Source of the DNA: Candidatus Poribacteria bacterium
GTDB lineage: Bacteria > Poribacteria > WGA-4E > PCPOR2b
Direction: 5' to 3'
Assembly: GCA_965215015.1 (NCBI GenBank)
Contig: OZ244042.1
Location: forward strand, 3,424,001-3,488,000
DNA: 64,000 bases
The position numbers and the translations under genes were made by a program. Of this stretch, positions 40,020 to 49,514 are shown in pieces (the stretch's first letter is position 1; every line of letters begins with the position of its first letter). The notes under the pieces were generated by a model. The model did not search any database and was not told the DNA's origin. It saw nothing but the letters and a program-made list of their open reading frames with translations.

Positions 40020-42437
40020 TTATATACTGATTTGTGAAGTTGCTTCTTGGTCAGCGAGTCGTAAGGCTCGGACAATTAAAAAATAAGTCAACAGCGAAGG
40101 TGTGTTGCTTGGGGACACAAACATACCGGTTAATGACCGGGGTTGATCTTGTGTACAAATCTTTTCTAAGTGGGTTTGAGCCACCTGCCCCGCCTCCCCA
40201 ATCATTTGTAAAGTTGTTTCGATTGAAGTTTGGAAATCGGGATGGAGTTCGTAAGTCTGGTATTGATCGGCTTTCGGCGCATGATGACGCGCAATTGCAG
40301 TAAGACTAGCTTTGAATAAAATCTCTTGATCGTAGAAAGTAGCCCCTAGTAAAGGTGCGACGGCGCGCATACTCTCAACAGCATGTGGGGGCCGTTTAAC
40401 AGGGAAATGTTTCTCCTTTTCGCGTACTGCGGAGTTACCTCGGTTGTAATCGGTATGGGCCGCCATATAGTTTGGATCAATAGGTTTATCAATCAACCGT
40501 TGCCATTCATGTGCCCACCGCTGCCAACCACACGTCAGTTTTCCGATATCGTGCAGAGCAATGCAGAGTCGAATCGTCTGATCAATTGCGCCCTCTTTTG
40601 TTTCCAACCTCTGCTCAAGTTGGGAGGCGGCGTAACTTAGTTCAGCCTCTAGCCCAGCGTCGTATACGTTTAGCAAGCGTTCGATGTGTTCCGTGTATGT
40701 CTCACGGCGATAACCTGTGCTGAGCTCACGTTCTCGGGGGGCTTCGCCCTCAGAGATGCTTAATGCACAAGGCTTTTCCCCCGTTTCAAGCTGAAAGCCT
40801 ATTTTGTCATCGTATGCGACCAATTGTGGATGCACAATAAACAGTGGCGAAATCCCTAAAGTTTCCTTCTCCTTTACTTCGCGCCAGTTGTAGGTGATTG
40901 TAGTACGGCTGTTTGGTGAATCGTCCTCGGCTTCAATAGGATACTTTAGCACCCAACCCAGTCCTTGCTTTTGTGCCTCTTCTTGAAGTTTATCCCACGC
41001 TCCAAAGAGTGTGCCGCGATAGAGATTGAAGCCTTCAACTCGAAACGGTTTATCAAGTGTCTCAGGTTTGTCATGCACGAGAAGCGTTCGGGAATCATTC
41101 TTACGAATCAACTCACGAGCAAGAGCCAATTCTTGGTTAGATATTGCCCTCTCCATTTTATCGCGCTTATCGCTGCTCGCAAGTTGCTCTAATATCTTCT
41201 CATCGCTTTCGCGGTGGACTTCGTTGATAACCTCTTGCTCTGCCGTAAAGTTCAACACCCTTCCGTTTCGTTGCTGGAATGCAGCTATTGTCAGTTCACA
41301 AGTTTTCTTTTCGTAGGGGGCGTAATTTAGTGAGCCATCAGGCCGAGATGGCACGGGATAGATTCGCACTGTGCCTGATTCATTTTTGAACCTAGCACAC
41401 CGTCCGGCCCGTTGAAAAATTGCGCTTGCTGGTGCCAGTTCTGTGTGCAAATTTTCACACGTAATGTCTAAGCCAACCTCGATCACCTGTGTAGCAACCA
41501 AAATCACGTTATCGGGGCCCACACCTCGTTTGAAACGCTTGCGTATCATATCCTCTTTAGCTTTACGATCTTCCTTCAGAAAGCGAGAGTGCAATAGCAA
41601 CACTTCCGTTGTGCCACGCTGTGGGTTATCCCGCAACGACTGATACATCTTCTGTGCCCGTGCCACCGTATTGCAAATGACAATACTGCGTTGCTGGTGT
41701 TGAGTGATAACGGCGTCTGTGCTGCACAAAAGTGTTTGATTCTCAATCTTATATTCGCGGCGTTTTCCACACTGAGAAGGAATTTGTTTTAGTTCGTTCT
41801 CAGTCACCTGAACAACTTCGGCGTTAAAATATTCGCTCAAACGGTTGAGTAGCGGTTCCGAAAAAGTCGCAGTCATCAGTAAAAACGGTGTGATACCATT
41901 GAGCATTTTCAGCATTTCAATCACAGTTCCCAACGAAGTATCAGGATCGAATAAGTGAAATTCATCAAAGACTAGATATGCGCCAACAACTGCTCCCGCG
42001 TTGACATTACCCTGACGTAACCCTAGCGCATAAGGGATGTTAAGAAAACTACTCAAGACCTGATCGATTGTCGTAAAAATCAAGTCGCTACGAAACTGAC
42101 GGTCCTCCTGATTTTCACCCGTCTGAATGTTTGCCGTGAGAGTCTGTTGTCTTCCTATTGGCGATTCTTGGAAGTCGGTGTGAAAATTCTTTGCCAAAAC
42201 CCGCATTGGCGTGGCGTAAAGCAACTTCCGGGGAAATGGTTTGTCTTCCTGCTGGGCTAGCAGGAACGGAAACAACGCGGCTTTCGTCTTGCCCGCCCCC
42301 GTTGGTGCTTGTAAAATCACATTGCGCCTGTTTAACAGATGCTGTGCTACCTTGCGTTGAAATGTAAAGGGAATGAATTCAAACATTCTCTGAAACTGGT
42401 TATCCCAATACCGTTTATCTTTATCAAAATTTGACAT
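40020..42437 (-). CDS. cas3: Cas3 helicase with C-terminal HD nuclease
   Basis: APTGAGKT, DEFH, LHSRF, ATQVIEVGLDI, QRAGRCAR; C-terminal EH...LHDIGK...H...HH. Confidence 0.95.
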   Translation of the reverse strand: MSNFDKDKRYWDNQFQRMFEFIPFTFQRKVAQHLLNRRNVILQAPTGAGKTKAALFPFLLAQQEDKPFPRKLLYATPMRVLAKNFHTDFQESPIGRQQTLTANIQTGENQEDRQFRSDLIFTTIDQVLSSFLNIPYALGLRQGNVNAGAVVGAYLVFDEFHLFDPDTSLGTVIEMLKMLNGITPFLLMTATFSEPLLNRLSEYFNAEVVQVTENELKQIPSQCGKRREYKIENQTLLCSTDAVITQHQQRSIVICNTVARAQKMYQSLRDNPQRGTTEVLLLHSRFLKEDRKAKEDMIRKRFKRGVGPDNVILVATQVIEVGLDITCENLHTELAPASAIFQRAGRCARFKNESGTVRIYPVPSRPDGSLNYAPYEKKTCELTIAAFQQRNGRVLNFTAEQEVINEVHRESDEKILEQLASSDKRDKMERAISNQELALARELIRKNDSRTLLVHDKPETLDKPFRVEGFNLYRGTLFGAWDKLQEEAQKQGLGWVLKYPIEAEDDSPNSRTTITYNWREVKEKETLGISPLFIVHPQLVAYDDKIGFQLETGEKPCALSISEGEAPRERELSTGYRRETYTEHIERLLNVYDAGLEAELSYAASQLEQRLETKEGAIDQTIRLCIALHDIGKLTCGWQRWAHEWQRLIDKPIDPNYMAAHTDYNRGNSAVREKEKHFPVKRPPHAVESMRAVAPLLGATFYDQEILFKASLTAIARHHAPKADQYQTYELHPDFQTSIETTLQMIGEAGQVAQTHLEKICTQDQPRSLTGMFVSPSNTPSLLTYFLIVRALRLADQEATSQISI

Positions 42438-42783
42438 TGTAAAACCTCCTTGAGTTTGATACGTGATTTATAATTCAAGTTGCTACTTGTCGTCCCGTTG
42501 GGGCTTTGGGTTGTAGTGACTCGTTCTTGATATACACATCGCGCTCCTCTAGAGCGCGAAGATTGGACCTATTACTATTCTATAGACATCTTGCTCCATA
42601 TGACCCTGTATGATGAAAGCCCATTGCTTGGTACAGCGATCTCAGCAAGTTGCATTGCCCGTTGCTAAATCATTGCGAAAGGCAGAGTCCTCCAGTTTTA
42701 ATAGAAATATTGATGGATTTTCAATAACCAACAACTTGGGTTAAAATGGTAGCCACAAAGGCTACCTCCATTATCTCTACGCC

Positions 42784-43722
42784 TTATCCAACCTTATACT
42801 TCCCCAACCCAAACGTTGCATTTTTGCCGACGTGTAGAAACGCACCCAACGCCACAAATGGCAGGAACGCCGCCAAATCGCCCGCATAGGTTACGCTGCC
42901 GACTAGCCCGCCGAGTTGCATTTTCTGATTCTGCCGCGACGAATAGCGCGTCCAATCGTGCCAACGTAATTTGCTCTGGACCGTTTGGACGGTTTCTGCC
43001 TGTGCGATGAGTCCCTTAAAATCGAGATTCAGCGATTCGCCGCAGTGGAAATATGCCAAGGCGGAGATGCGTCCAATTAAACGTCGCCAGAAGAGGTGGA
43101 ACGGGAGTTTATCCGTTATTTGCCCCTTGTGTGTGACCCGCGTGGGGGTGAGTAGGTGGACGGTCAATGAATCGGTTGGCAAAGATTCTACTTGCCGCTG
43201 GATTTCGTCGAAACAGAGTGCGTTATTGCGGTTGTGTGCCATCTGGGTGTCGCTGTCGTAGATTGATTCCCCACTATCGGTCAGGACTTGGGTCAGTTGG
43301 AAACGGCCGCGCCCCTTGCCGATGCCGATCTCACCCAAATCGCGGAAGCTGACAAGAAAATAGGGGAGGTAGTCGATGGCACGGCCGATAAGGGTGAGAC
43401 GGAACGCAAACGAATTGCCTCGGCGGTATTCACCTCGTGTGTTCAACGGATCGATGACAAAGGGTCTTGGCACATCGCCGTATGTCCGCAGTTGTTGCGC
43501 GCCCTCAAATGGGGCGGTCTCGAAGATGTACGGGTATGGGCAGACCGTTTTAAGGGTGCAGTCCCGGCAGTCAATGGGCCCTTGGGTGCAGACCATTTTT
43601 CGGAAGGCGTGTCCGAATCCGCCGCGGAGTGTGGAGCCGGCGTAGGGGGGCATCAGAATGGTTGAGAGTGCTGTTAGGATCACATGGTAGCGTGCGAATC
43701 GGAAGTTTTGAAGTGGATTCAT
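42784..43722 (-). CDS. cas6: Cas6 pre-crRNA processing endoribonuclease
   Basis: GSTLRGGFG, Cys cluster, C-terminal HVGKNATFGLG Gly loop. Confidence 0.95.
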   Translation of the reverse strand: MNPLQNFRFARYHVILTALSTILMPPYAGSTLRGGFGHAFRKMVCTQGPIDCRDCTLKTVCPYPYIFETAPFEGAQQLRTYGDVPRPFVIDPLNTRGEYRRGNSFAFRLTLIGRAIDYLPYFLVSFRDLGEIGIGKGRGRFQLTQVLTDSGESIYDSDTQMAHNRNNALCFDEIQRQVESLPTDSLTVHLLTPTRVTHKGQITDKLPFHLFWRRLIGRISALAYFHCGESLNLDFKGLIAQAETVQTVQSKLRWHDWTRYSSRQNQKMQLGGLVGSVTYAGDLAAFLPFVALGAFLHVGKNATFGLGKYKVG

Positions 43723-43738
43723 TATTGTGTCCTTTTCT

Positions 43739-43831
43739 TACATTGTCCGCTTTTCATCGCGTCATTGGGAGATGATTGATTCTCTTTTTAATAAAAAAAA
43801 CAATATTTATTTCAGTCCCCTTTTCATCGGG
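43739..43831 (-). CRISPR. degenerate one-spacer mini-array upstream of cas6
   Basis: 22/22 repeat match at 43810-43831; 21/24 match at 43745-43768; 33-nt spacer-sized gap at 43776-43808. Confidence 0.75.
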
Positions 43832-44053
43832 GCAAAATTTAAGTGAGGGGTGCTCATAATAATTGTCTGAATCGCAGATAGAGTCGATGGTACAGAAAGC
43901 ACGGATACAGATATGGGGCGCAGGTTGTTCAGGCATATCGTGCGGGGTAATCATAAAAAGGGACTGTGGCACGATACAGGTATCATAAAGCAGGTAGTAC
44001 AAGCTGCCGCTCGACTGTTGAGAAACCGAAGTCGTTCGCTAAATAGATTGTCT

Positions 44054-44521
44054 TCATTCAAACCTCCGCGGCCCACCCGAAAGCACGATAACTAGGGATT
44101 CTGCTCCGATCTTGAGTAAGTATTTGTCCTCATCGGAAATAAACAACGAGCCTTCCGCTACTGCGACTATCAAGATATAAGCACCCGAATCGATATGAAC
44201 GTAAATTTCGCCTGCCCGGTAATACAAAGCCCGGAAGTTTTCAAGCGTGATACGATCATCATCTATGAAAACTATTCCATTATCGTAGTGATCAATGGTA
44301 AGAGGCCGTTCGATTACGATCACACTATTTGCCGGGCCGGGGAAACCCTGTAGACCCTGCTCCCCTTTCTGCCCCGGCAGCCCCTGCGGGCCTATTGACC
44401 CCATTGGTCCTGTAGGCCCTTGCGGTCCTGTAGGACCCGGCGGCCCCTCGCATCCGACGAATATAACGAATAGTAAAACACTCAACATCAGTGAGTTTGT
44501 CAACGCTTTCATGACTTTCAT
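44054..44521 (-). CDS. collagen-like lipoprotein, copy 2
   Basis: FVGC lipobox, 13 Gly-X-Y triplets; followed by a 22-codon deoxyribosyltransferase stub (about 43992-44057). Confidence 0.88.
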   Translation of the reverse strand: MKVMKALTNSLMLSVLLFVIFVGCEGPPGPTGPQGPTGPMGSIGPQGLPGQKGEQGLQGFPGPANSVIVIERPLTIDHYDNGIVFIDDDRITLENFRALYYRAGEIYVHIDSGAYILIVAVAEGSLFISDEDKYLLKIGAESLVIVLSGGPRRFE

Positions 44522-44615
44522 TGCTTTATCCTTTCATGTTGCGCCCGAACAGGCACTCTTGCGTAAGCGATCTGAAGCCGCTTACCGTTATTTTAGTGAT
44601 GCCTTGAGTCGTTTT

Positions 44616-44978
44616 TTATAGCCTTTCATGGCGTGTAGCCCATTGTATCGACACCGACTGAGATACAGTTATCTCAAGGTTCTCAGGATCGCCTCCGAGC
44701 AGATCGAGTGCAGCAGTGCCAGTGACGCGCCTTTCGTTCTGCAACCGCAGCGATTCTTTTTTAAAGCGGTCTCTCATTCGTACCGCTAACTCGGATCGGT
44801 TCTCAATGTCGAAGAAGCAGCCCCACTGTTCGGATTTGCCGACGATACGATTGTTCCGTTCAAACGGCTCCCAGACTTCAAGCCCTATCGCTTCAAGCCG
44901 CTTGACGAATTCGGGGAGCACGAGCTGCCGTTCAACTGCTGAGAAACCGAAGGCGTTGGCTAAATAGATAGTTTTCAT
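44616..44978 (-). pseudogene. chimeric ORF: N-terminal 52 aa of deoxyribosyltransferase fused to an unrelated C-terminal fragment
   Basis: Identity to 34575-35108 stops after KSEQW; the tail sequence is duplicated at about 46365-46492. Confidence 0.8.
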
Positions 44979-45737
44979 TCAGACCTCCCGCGGTGAATCC
45001 TCAAGCACGATGACTATGGCTTCTGGTTCTATCTGAAGTAAGATTTTGTCAGGATCGGCAATCCGCACCGCTCCTTCCTCGACTCCGACCACCAATACGG
45101 GTCTAAAATGTGTATCAATAAGAACATAAACGTGACTGTCCCTGTAATACAAAGCTCGGAAGCTTTCAAGAGTGATACGATCGTCAAATATGCGAATGAT
45201 TCGATTATGATCGTAGCTCGCAGCAGTAAAAGGCTGTTCGATGACGATCACACGATTTGCCGGGCCGGGGAACCCCTGCTCCCCTTTGGGTCCCGTGAGT
45301 CCTGTAGCCCCTTTCGGACCCGGAGGCCCTTCTATGCCCTGCAGACCCTTTGGCCCTATGGGTCCGAGTGGGCCTTCTATGCCCTGTAGACCTCGCTCAC
45401 CCCGTAAACCTTGTATGCCCTGCAGGCCCTGTAGACCTTGGGGGCCCTCGGGTCCGATTAGCCCCGGCGGCCCTTCTATGCCTTGCGGCCCTCGCTCACC
45501 TCGTAACCCTTCTGTGCCTTGCGGCCCTCGCTCACCTCGTAACCCTTGTATGCCCTGCAGGCCCTGTAGACCTTGTTCGCCTTGTTCGCCCTGTTCGCCC
45601 GCCGGCCCCATTGGACCCATTGGACCCGTCGGCCCTGTGGGCCCCGGCGGCCCCTCGCATCCGACGAATATAACGAATAACAAAACACTCAACATCCGTG
45701 AGTGTATCAACGCTTTCATTGCTTTCATGACTTTCAT
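44979..45737 (-). CDS. collagen-like lipoprotein, copy 3 (long stalk)
   Basis: FVGC lipobox, 44 Gly-X-Y triplets with internal repeats. Confidence 0.9.
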   Translation of the reverse strand: MKVMKAMKALIHSRMLSVLLFVIFVGCEGPPGPTGPTGPMGPMGPAGEQGEQGEQGLQGLQGIQGLRGERGPQGTEGLRGERGPQGIEGPPGLIGPEGPQGLQGLQGIQGLRGERGLQGIEGPLGPIGPKGLQGIEGPPGPKGATGLTGPKGEQGFPGPANRVIVIEQPFTAASYDHNRIIRIFDDRITLESFRALYYRDSHVYVLIDTHFRPVLVVGVEEGAVRIADPDKILLQIEPEAIVIVLEDSPREV

Positions 45738-45830
45738 TGTTTTATCCTTTCATGGTGCGCCCGAACAGGCGCTGAGTTGAGAAACCGAAGTCGTTCGCTA
45801 AATAGATGGTCTTCATTCAAACCTCCGCGG

Positions 45831-46265
45831 TCAACCTGAAAGCACGATGATTATGGATTCTGCTTGGAATGTCTCGAGTAAGAATCTCTCGCTATCGACA
45901 ATTAACAGCGCTCCTTCCGTTACTGAGACTAAAACTACAGGGAGAACAGTCGAATCCATAAGAAAGTAAACTTTGCCCGCCCGGTAATAAAAAGTCCGGA
46001 AGTTTTCAACCGTAATACGATCGTCATCGATGCGAATGACTCCATTATCATCGTAGTCAGCAGCAGTGAGAGGATGTTCGATTGCAATCACACTATCTGC
46101 CGAGCCATCGAGCCCCTGCTCCCCTTTCGGACCCGGCAGTCCTTGTGGTCCCATTGACCCCATTGGACCTGTAGGCCCTTGCGGCCCCATGGGACCCGGC
46201 GGCCCCTCGCATCCGACGAATATAACGAATAGAAAAACACATAACATCTCTTTCATGACTTTCAT
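45831..46265 (-). CDS. collagen-like lipoprotein, copy 4
   Basis: FVGC lipobox, 12 triplets, head almost identical to copy 1; followed by a 14-codon deoxyribosyltransferase stub (about 45776-45816). Confidence 0.88.
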   Translation of the reverse strand: MKVMKEMLCVFLFVIFVGCEGPPGPMGPQGPTGPMGSMGPQGLPGPKGEQGLDGSADSVIAIEHPLTAADYDDNGVIRIDDDRITVENFRTFYYRAGKVYFLMDSTVLPVVLVSVTEGALLIVDSERFLLETFQAESIIIVLSG

Positions 46266-46512
46266 TGCTTTATCCTTTCATGTTGCGCCCGAACAGGCAC
46301 TCTTGCGTAAGCGATCTGAAGCCGCTTACCGTTATTTTAATGAGGCCTTGAATAGTCATTTTTTATAGCCTTTCATGGCGTGTAGCCCATTGTATCGGCA
46401 CTGACTGGGATACAGTGATCTCAAGGTTCTCAGAATCGCCTCCAAGCAGATCGAGTGCAGCAGCGCCGGTTACACGCCTTTCGTTTTGCAACTTAACTGA
46501 GTTTTCAATTAT

Positions 46513-46546
46513 ATTATACAGATCCATACCGTCAGAACATGTCGGT
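46513..46546 (-). promoter_or_regulatory. putative WYL-activator promoter 2
   Basis: ACCGACATGTTCTGACGG-N10-TATAAT, 25 bp downstream of the WYL stop. Confidence 0.65.
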
Positions 46547-46571
46547 TGTCTAAAATTTTTGTTGTTTTTTA

Positions 46572-47561
46572 CTAGCTCTGGTATTTTTTTATCATTTTTG
46601 TGATTTCTTGGGCGATTTCCTCACGAAAATCGGGGGGCGTGAGCACTTCCGCACAACTGCCCCATTGCAAAATCTGACGCATTAGCCCTTCTCGGCCTTC
46701 GGTATCGAAATGCAGCTCGATTTGGTCGTCCCCGAGGTCAATCTGTTTTTGCAAACCCTGCCATTTCTGGGCGCGTACCCAGCGGGACGCGGGTGGGTTC
46801 ACACGGATGATCGCCTGTACAGGTTGGTCTTTCATGCCGCCGAAGCCGCGTGTGATGTACTCGTTGAGGTCAAAGTCCTCCTGAAGTTCAAAGGTTTCGT
46901 CGAGAAGTGTCAGGGAGCGCATCCGGTCGTCAAATACAAATTCGCGGAGTGCTTTTCGGGTATGGCAATAGCCGATTAGTCGCAGCGCGTTGTCCGAATA
47001 GGCGATGCCGTAAGGGTCAACCTTGCGTTGGCGGGATTCGCCCCGGCTCGCAGAATGATAGAGGAGGTCGAGGCGTTTCCGTTCTTCACAGGCGGTTTGT
47101 GCTTGGCTGATGTGTGGTGCGACATTTTGAAAATCTGTCACGGGTTGGAGTCGAAACGCGAGGATGTTTTGAATACGGTTAAAGTAGTCCTGACTTTCAA
47201 CCGGCAGTGTGGCGTGAATTTTTTTAAGGGCGTTGGTGAGTGCTTCAAAGTATGGCGTTCCTTTGAGGAACGTGGTGGCATCTTGTGCGATGGTCAACGC
47301 CAACCGTTCGGGTACCGACAGATCGAGTGCTGGGAACTGGTAATCTTCCTTGAATCTATAGCGCACTTGCTGCCCCTCCCTCTCTTTCAGAATTGATGGA
47401 AAATACCGCATGAGGCTAGGGAGGTCCCGGTCAATCGTGCGTTCACTGACACCGATCTCAGCAATCAGCTGTTGCTTTGTGATACCGTAACGTCTGTTAA
47501 TCTTCTGCAGAATCAGCCATTGCCGCTCTATTTGCTTTTCGTCTGCAATTCGTTGGGGCAT
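46572..47561 (-). CDS. HTH-WYL-WCX transcriptional regulator
   Basis: GVSERTIDRDL wHTH; R.VDPYG, GYCH.R...REF...R WYL core; LQWG...EVL.P..R C-terminus. Confidence 0.93.
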   Translation of the reverse strand: MPQRIADEKQIERQWLILQKINRRYGITKQQLIAEIGVSERTIDRDLPSLMRYFPSILKEREGQQVRYRFKEDYQFPALDLSVPERLALTIAQDATTFLKGTPYFEALTNALKKIHATLPVESQDYFNRIQNILAFRLQPVTDFQNVAPHISQAQTACEERKRLDLLYHSASRGESRQRKVDPYGIAYSDNALRLIGYCHTRKALREFVFDDRMRSLTLLDETFELQEDFDLNEYITRGFGGMKDQPVQAIIRVNPPASRWVRAQKWQGLQKQIDLGDDQIELHFDTEGREGLMRQILQWGSCAEVLTPPDFREEIAQEITKMIKKYQS

Positions 47562-47955
47562 TATTTGTTCCTTTTTCTGAATTGGTATTTCTATGAAGGA
47601 TGAACAAACGGAATGTAGATTTCCGTTCTCTACGAATTAATCGAGCGATTCGGGTTAGAGGTAAGGCCGGGTAAAAGTGTTGTTAAAATTTTGGGATGTG
47701 AAGTTTTTTGGGGGGATGGTTCTATTTTTCGTTGCAAATTGCTATTGATCATGGTAAAATGATCTTGCTTTCGCTTTCAAAATCGGCAAAAGAAAAGCCC
47801 CGCGTGATCTGATGGTGAAAGTAATTGTTTGCCGTGAACCTATAGACACGACAGACAAGACAAGACGAAAACTGATAAGTTCTAAAGCCGCTATCGCTCC
47901 CAAGATGGAGGCTTTTCCTTTGCTGGGCAATATTTTACTACATTTGAGGTAAGGA

Positions 47956-48543
47956 ATGAAAGAAAATACTGAACAACGCAGTAAGGTGCAGCAATCTCGG
48001 GAATGGGAAAGGAAACGAGCTGAGGCTCAAGATAAGAAAGAGGCTGAGGCTAGAGCGGGCGGTAGTGGTTCAAGAGGGTTGAGTTCTCCATCTCCAAATG
48101 AACCTCGGGATTACGGGTTGGAAGCAAGGATAGAAGCTAAGCGACAGGCAGCGGGTGGGCCTGATTATGCTGAGCAACCTGTGCGTGATATGATGGATGT
48201 TGAATCAGGGAATGTTGAATCTAAGGATGCTGAATCTGGTGAGACTAATGAAGATGAATTTACAAAGTTTGGTATGGAGGCTATTGCGGATGGGACGAAG
48301 ATTGCGGATTTAGAAGATGAGAATGAGATACTTAAGGAACAGCTCGAGAATTTTAAGAAAGGAAATAATGTTTTTAGCGAAGAGGGTATTAAACAGATGA
48401 ATAGTGAAGTGCAGCAATTGAATATAGATTTGAATATCGTGATGGACTGGGTCCAAAATGGAATCATCACTGGGGAGTGGGCAGAGGAGTTTAAACGACG
48501 TAGTCTTCAAGGGATTTTGAACAGGTTACCGCCTGAAAAATAA
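47956..48543 (+). CDS. acidic coiled-coil hypothetical protein
   Basis: 195-aa ORF with RBS, AT-rich, E/K-rich. Confidence 0.6.
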   Translation: MKENTEQRSKVQQSREWERKRAEAQDKKEAEARAGGSGSRGLSSPSPNEPRDYGLEARIEAKRQAAGGPDYAEQPVRDMMDVESGNVESKDAESGETNEDEFTKFGMEAIADGTKIADLEDENEILKEQLENFKKGNNVFSEEGIKQMNSEVQQLNIDLNIVMDWVQNGIITGEWAEEFKRRSLQGILNRLPPEK

Positions 48544-48576
48544 AATGTGAAACGACGCGCCCCTTCCGGGAAAAAC

Positions 48577-48620
48577 AAAAAAGGCGTTGATCGGATATGT
48601 TTCATCCGATCGACGCCTTT
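48577..48620. terminator. intrinsic terminator hairpin
   Basis: AAAGGCGTTGATCGGAT...ATCCGATCGACGCCTTT inverted repeat with A/T tracts. Confidence 0.65.
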
Positions 48621-48733
48621 ATAAGATTAAAACTTGGCGTTCGCGCGTATTTTCATCACTGCCAACCTCCACGACATGTGCATCTTCCTTTTTAGATAAA
48701 TATACAATTATTTTTGTTCTAGCGAAAAAATCA

Positions 48734-48961
48734 ATGAAACCTGAACAAGTGATCAACCAAGACCCTGATATTTTTGAAGGAGCACCCGTGTTTACGGGGA
48801 CCCGTATTCCCGTGCAGTCACTTATTGACCACCTGAAAGCAGGAGTGAGTCTTGACGAATTTCTGTATGGATTCCCCTCTGTTTCTCGTGAACAGTCCGT
48901 CGCCTTTTTAGAAATAGCGTTGACCGCGGCGATAGGAACTCGCGATGCACGTGCTGCTTGA
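48734..48961 (+). CDS. DUF433 family antitoxin
   Basis: DPDIFEGAPVFTGTRIPV...G.SLDEFL..FP. Confidence 0.88.
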   Translation: MKPEQVINQDPDIFEGAPVFTGTRIPVQSLIDHLKAGVSLDEFLYGFPSVSREQSVAFLEIALTAAIGTRDARAA

Positions 48962-49229
48962 TGAACATCTGGATTGGCGATTGACACAAGATTTCGATAG
49001 CGATTTTCAGGTGAGCACCGTCCGTCGGCAAAATTGGTCCGGCAAACAAAATGGCGAACTGCTTCGGCTCGCATCCACCAAGTTTGATAGCTTAGTGACG
49101 ATGGACAAAGGCATCGAACATCAACAAAACCTGAGCCAATACCCTCTCAATATCATCATAATCTCAGCCAGAAGCAACCTGCTTTCCGCCATTTGGGATT
49201 TGTCAACATTCTGCGCCTGCGCTTGTTAG
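48945..49229 (+). CDS. DUF5615 PIN-like toxin, possibly C-terminally truncated
   Basis: VLLDE, WSG..NGELL, LVTMDKGI..QQNL; overlaps the DUF433 gene. Confidence 0.8.
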   Translation: MHVLLDEHLDWRLTQDFDSDFQVSTVRRQNWSGKQNGELLRLASTKFDSLVTMDKGIEHQQNLSQYPLNIIIISARSNLLSAIWDLSTFCACAC

Positions 49230-49514
49230 CTCTCTGTTAGCGGCTTCGCAGTTTGTTAGCGGAACGCTAACAGAGCGACCCGATGCGATTTCCCTTTTCA
49301 CATATGTGAAAAGGGCTCCCCCTCCGCAAAAATTCTCGTTTCTTGACAAAACAACTGGATTCTCGCGCAATGTCCCGGGCGGATTGAACCAGGATTGTCG
49401 CACCATCGTGTCTGGTATGCTCCTACGTAATGTTCTCGGCATTTTCGGTTTTGGAAGCTTGACCGCCAGAAGTTTGTTGTATGCCCAATGGTTGCGGCAT
49501 ACGGCGTATGCCTA

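Noticed and set aside
45241-45780. Pro/Gly/Cys-rich plus-strand ORFs
   Set aside because: Antisense shadows of the collagen genes.
35123-46265. Diversity-generating retroelement as source of collagen head variation
   Set aside because: No reverse transcriptase in the window; differences are spread over the gene, include indels and do not look adenine-specific.
35567-46301. Integron attC sites at the cassette ends (GTTCGGGC)
   Set aside because: No matching inverse core after the stop codons and no integrase; only a short hairpin is shared.
46551-46575. Target of the mini-array spacer near promoter 2
   Set aside because: Only low-complexity T-rich similarity with several seed mismatches; the 8-nt match near 42705 is also too short.
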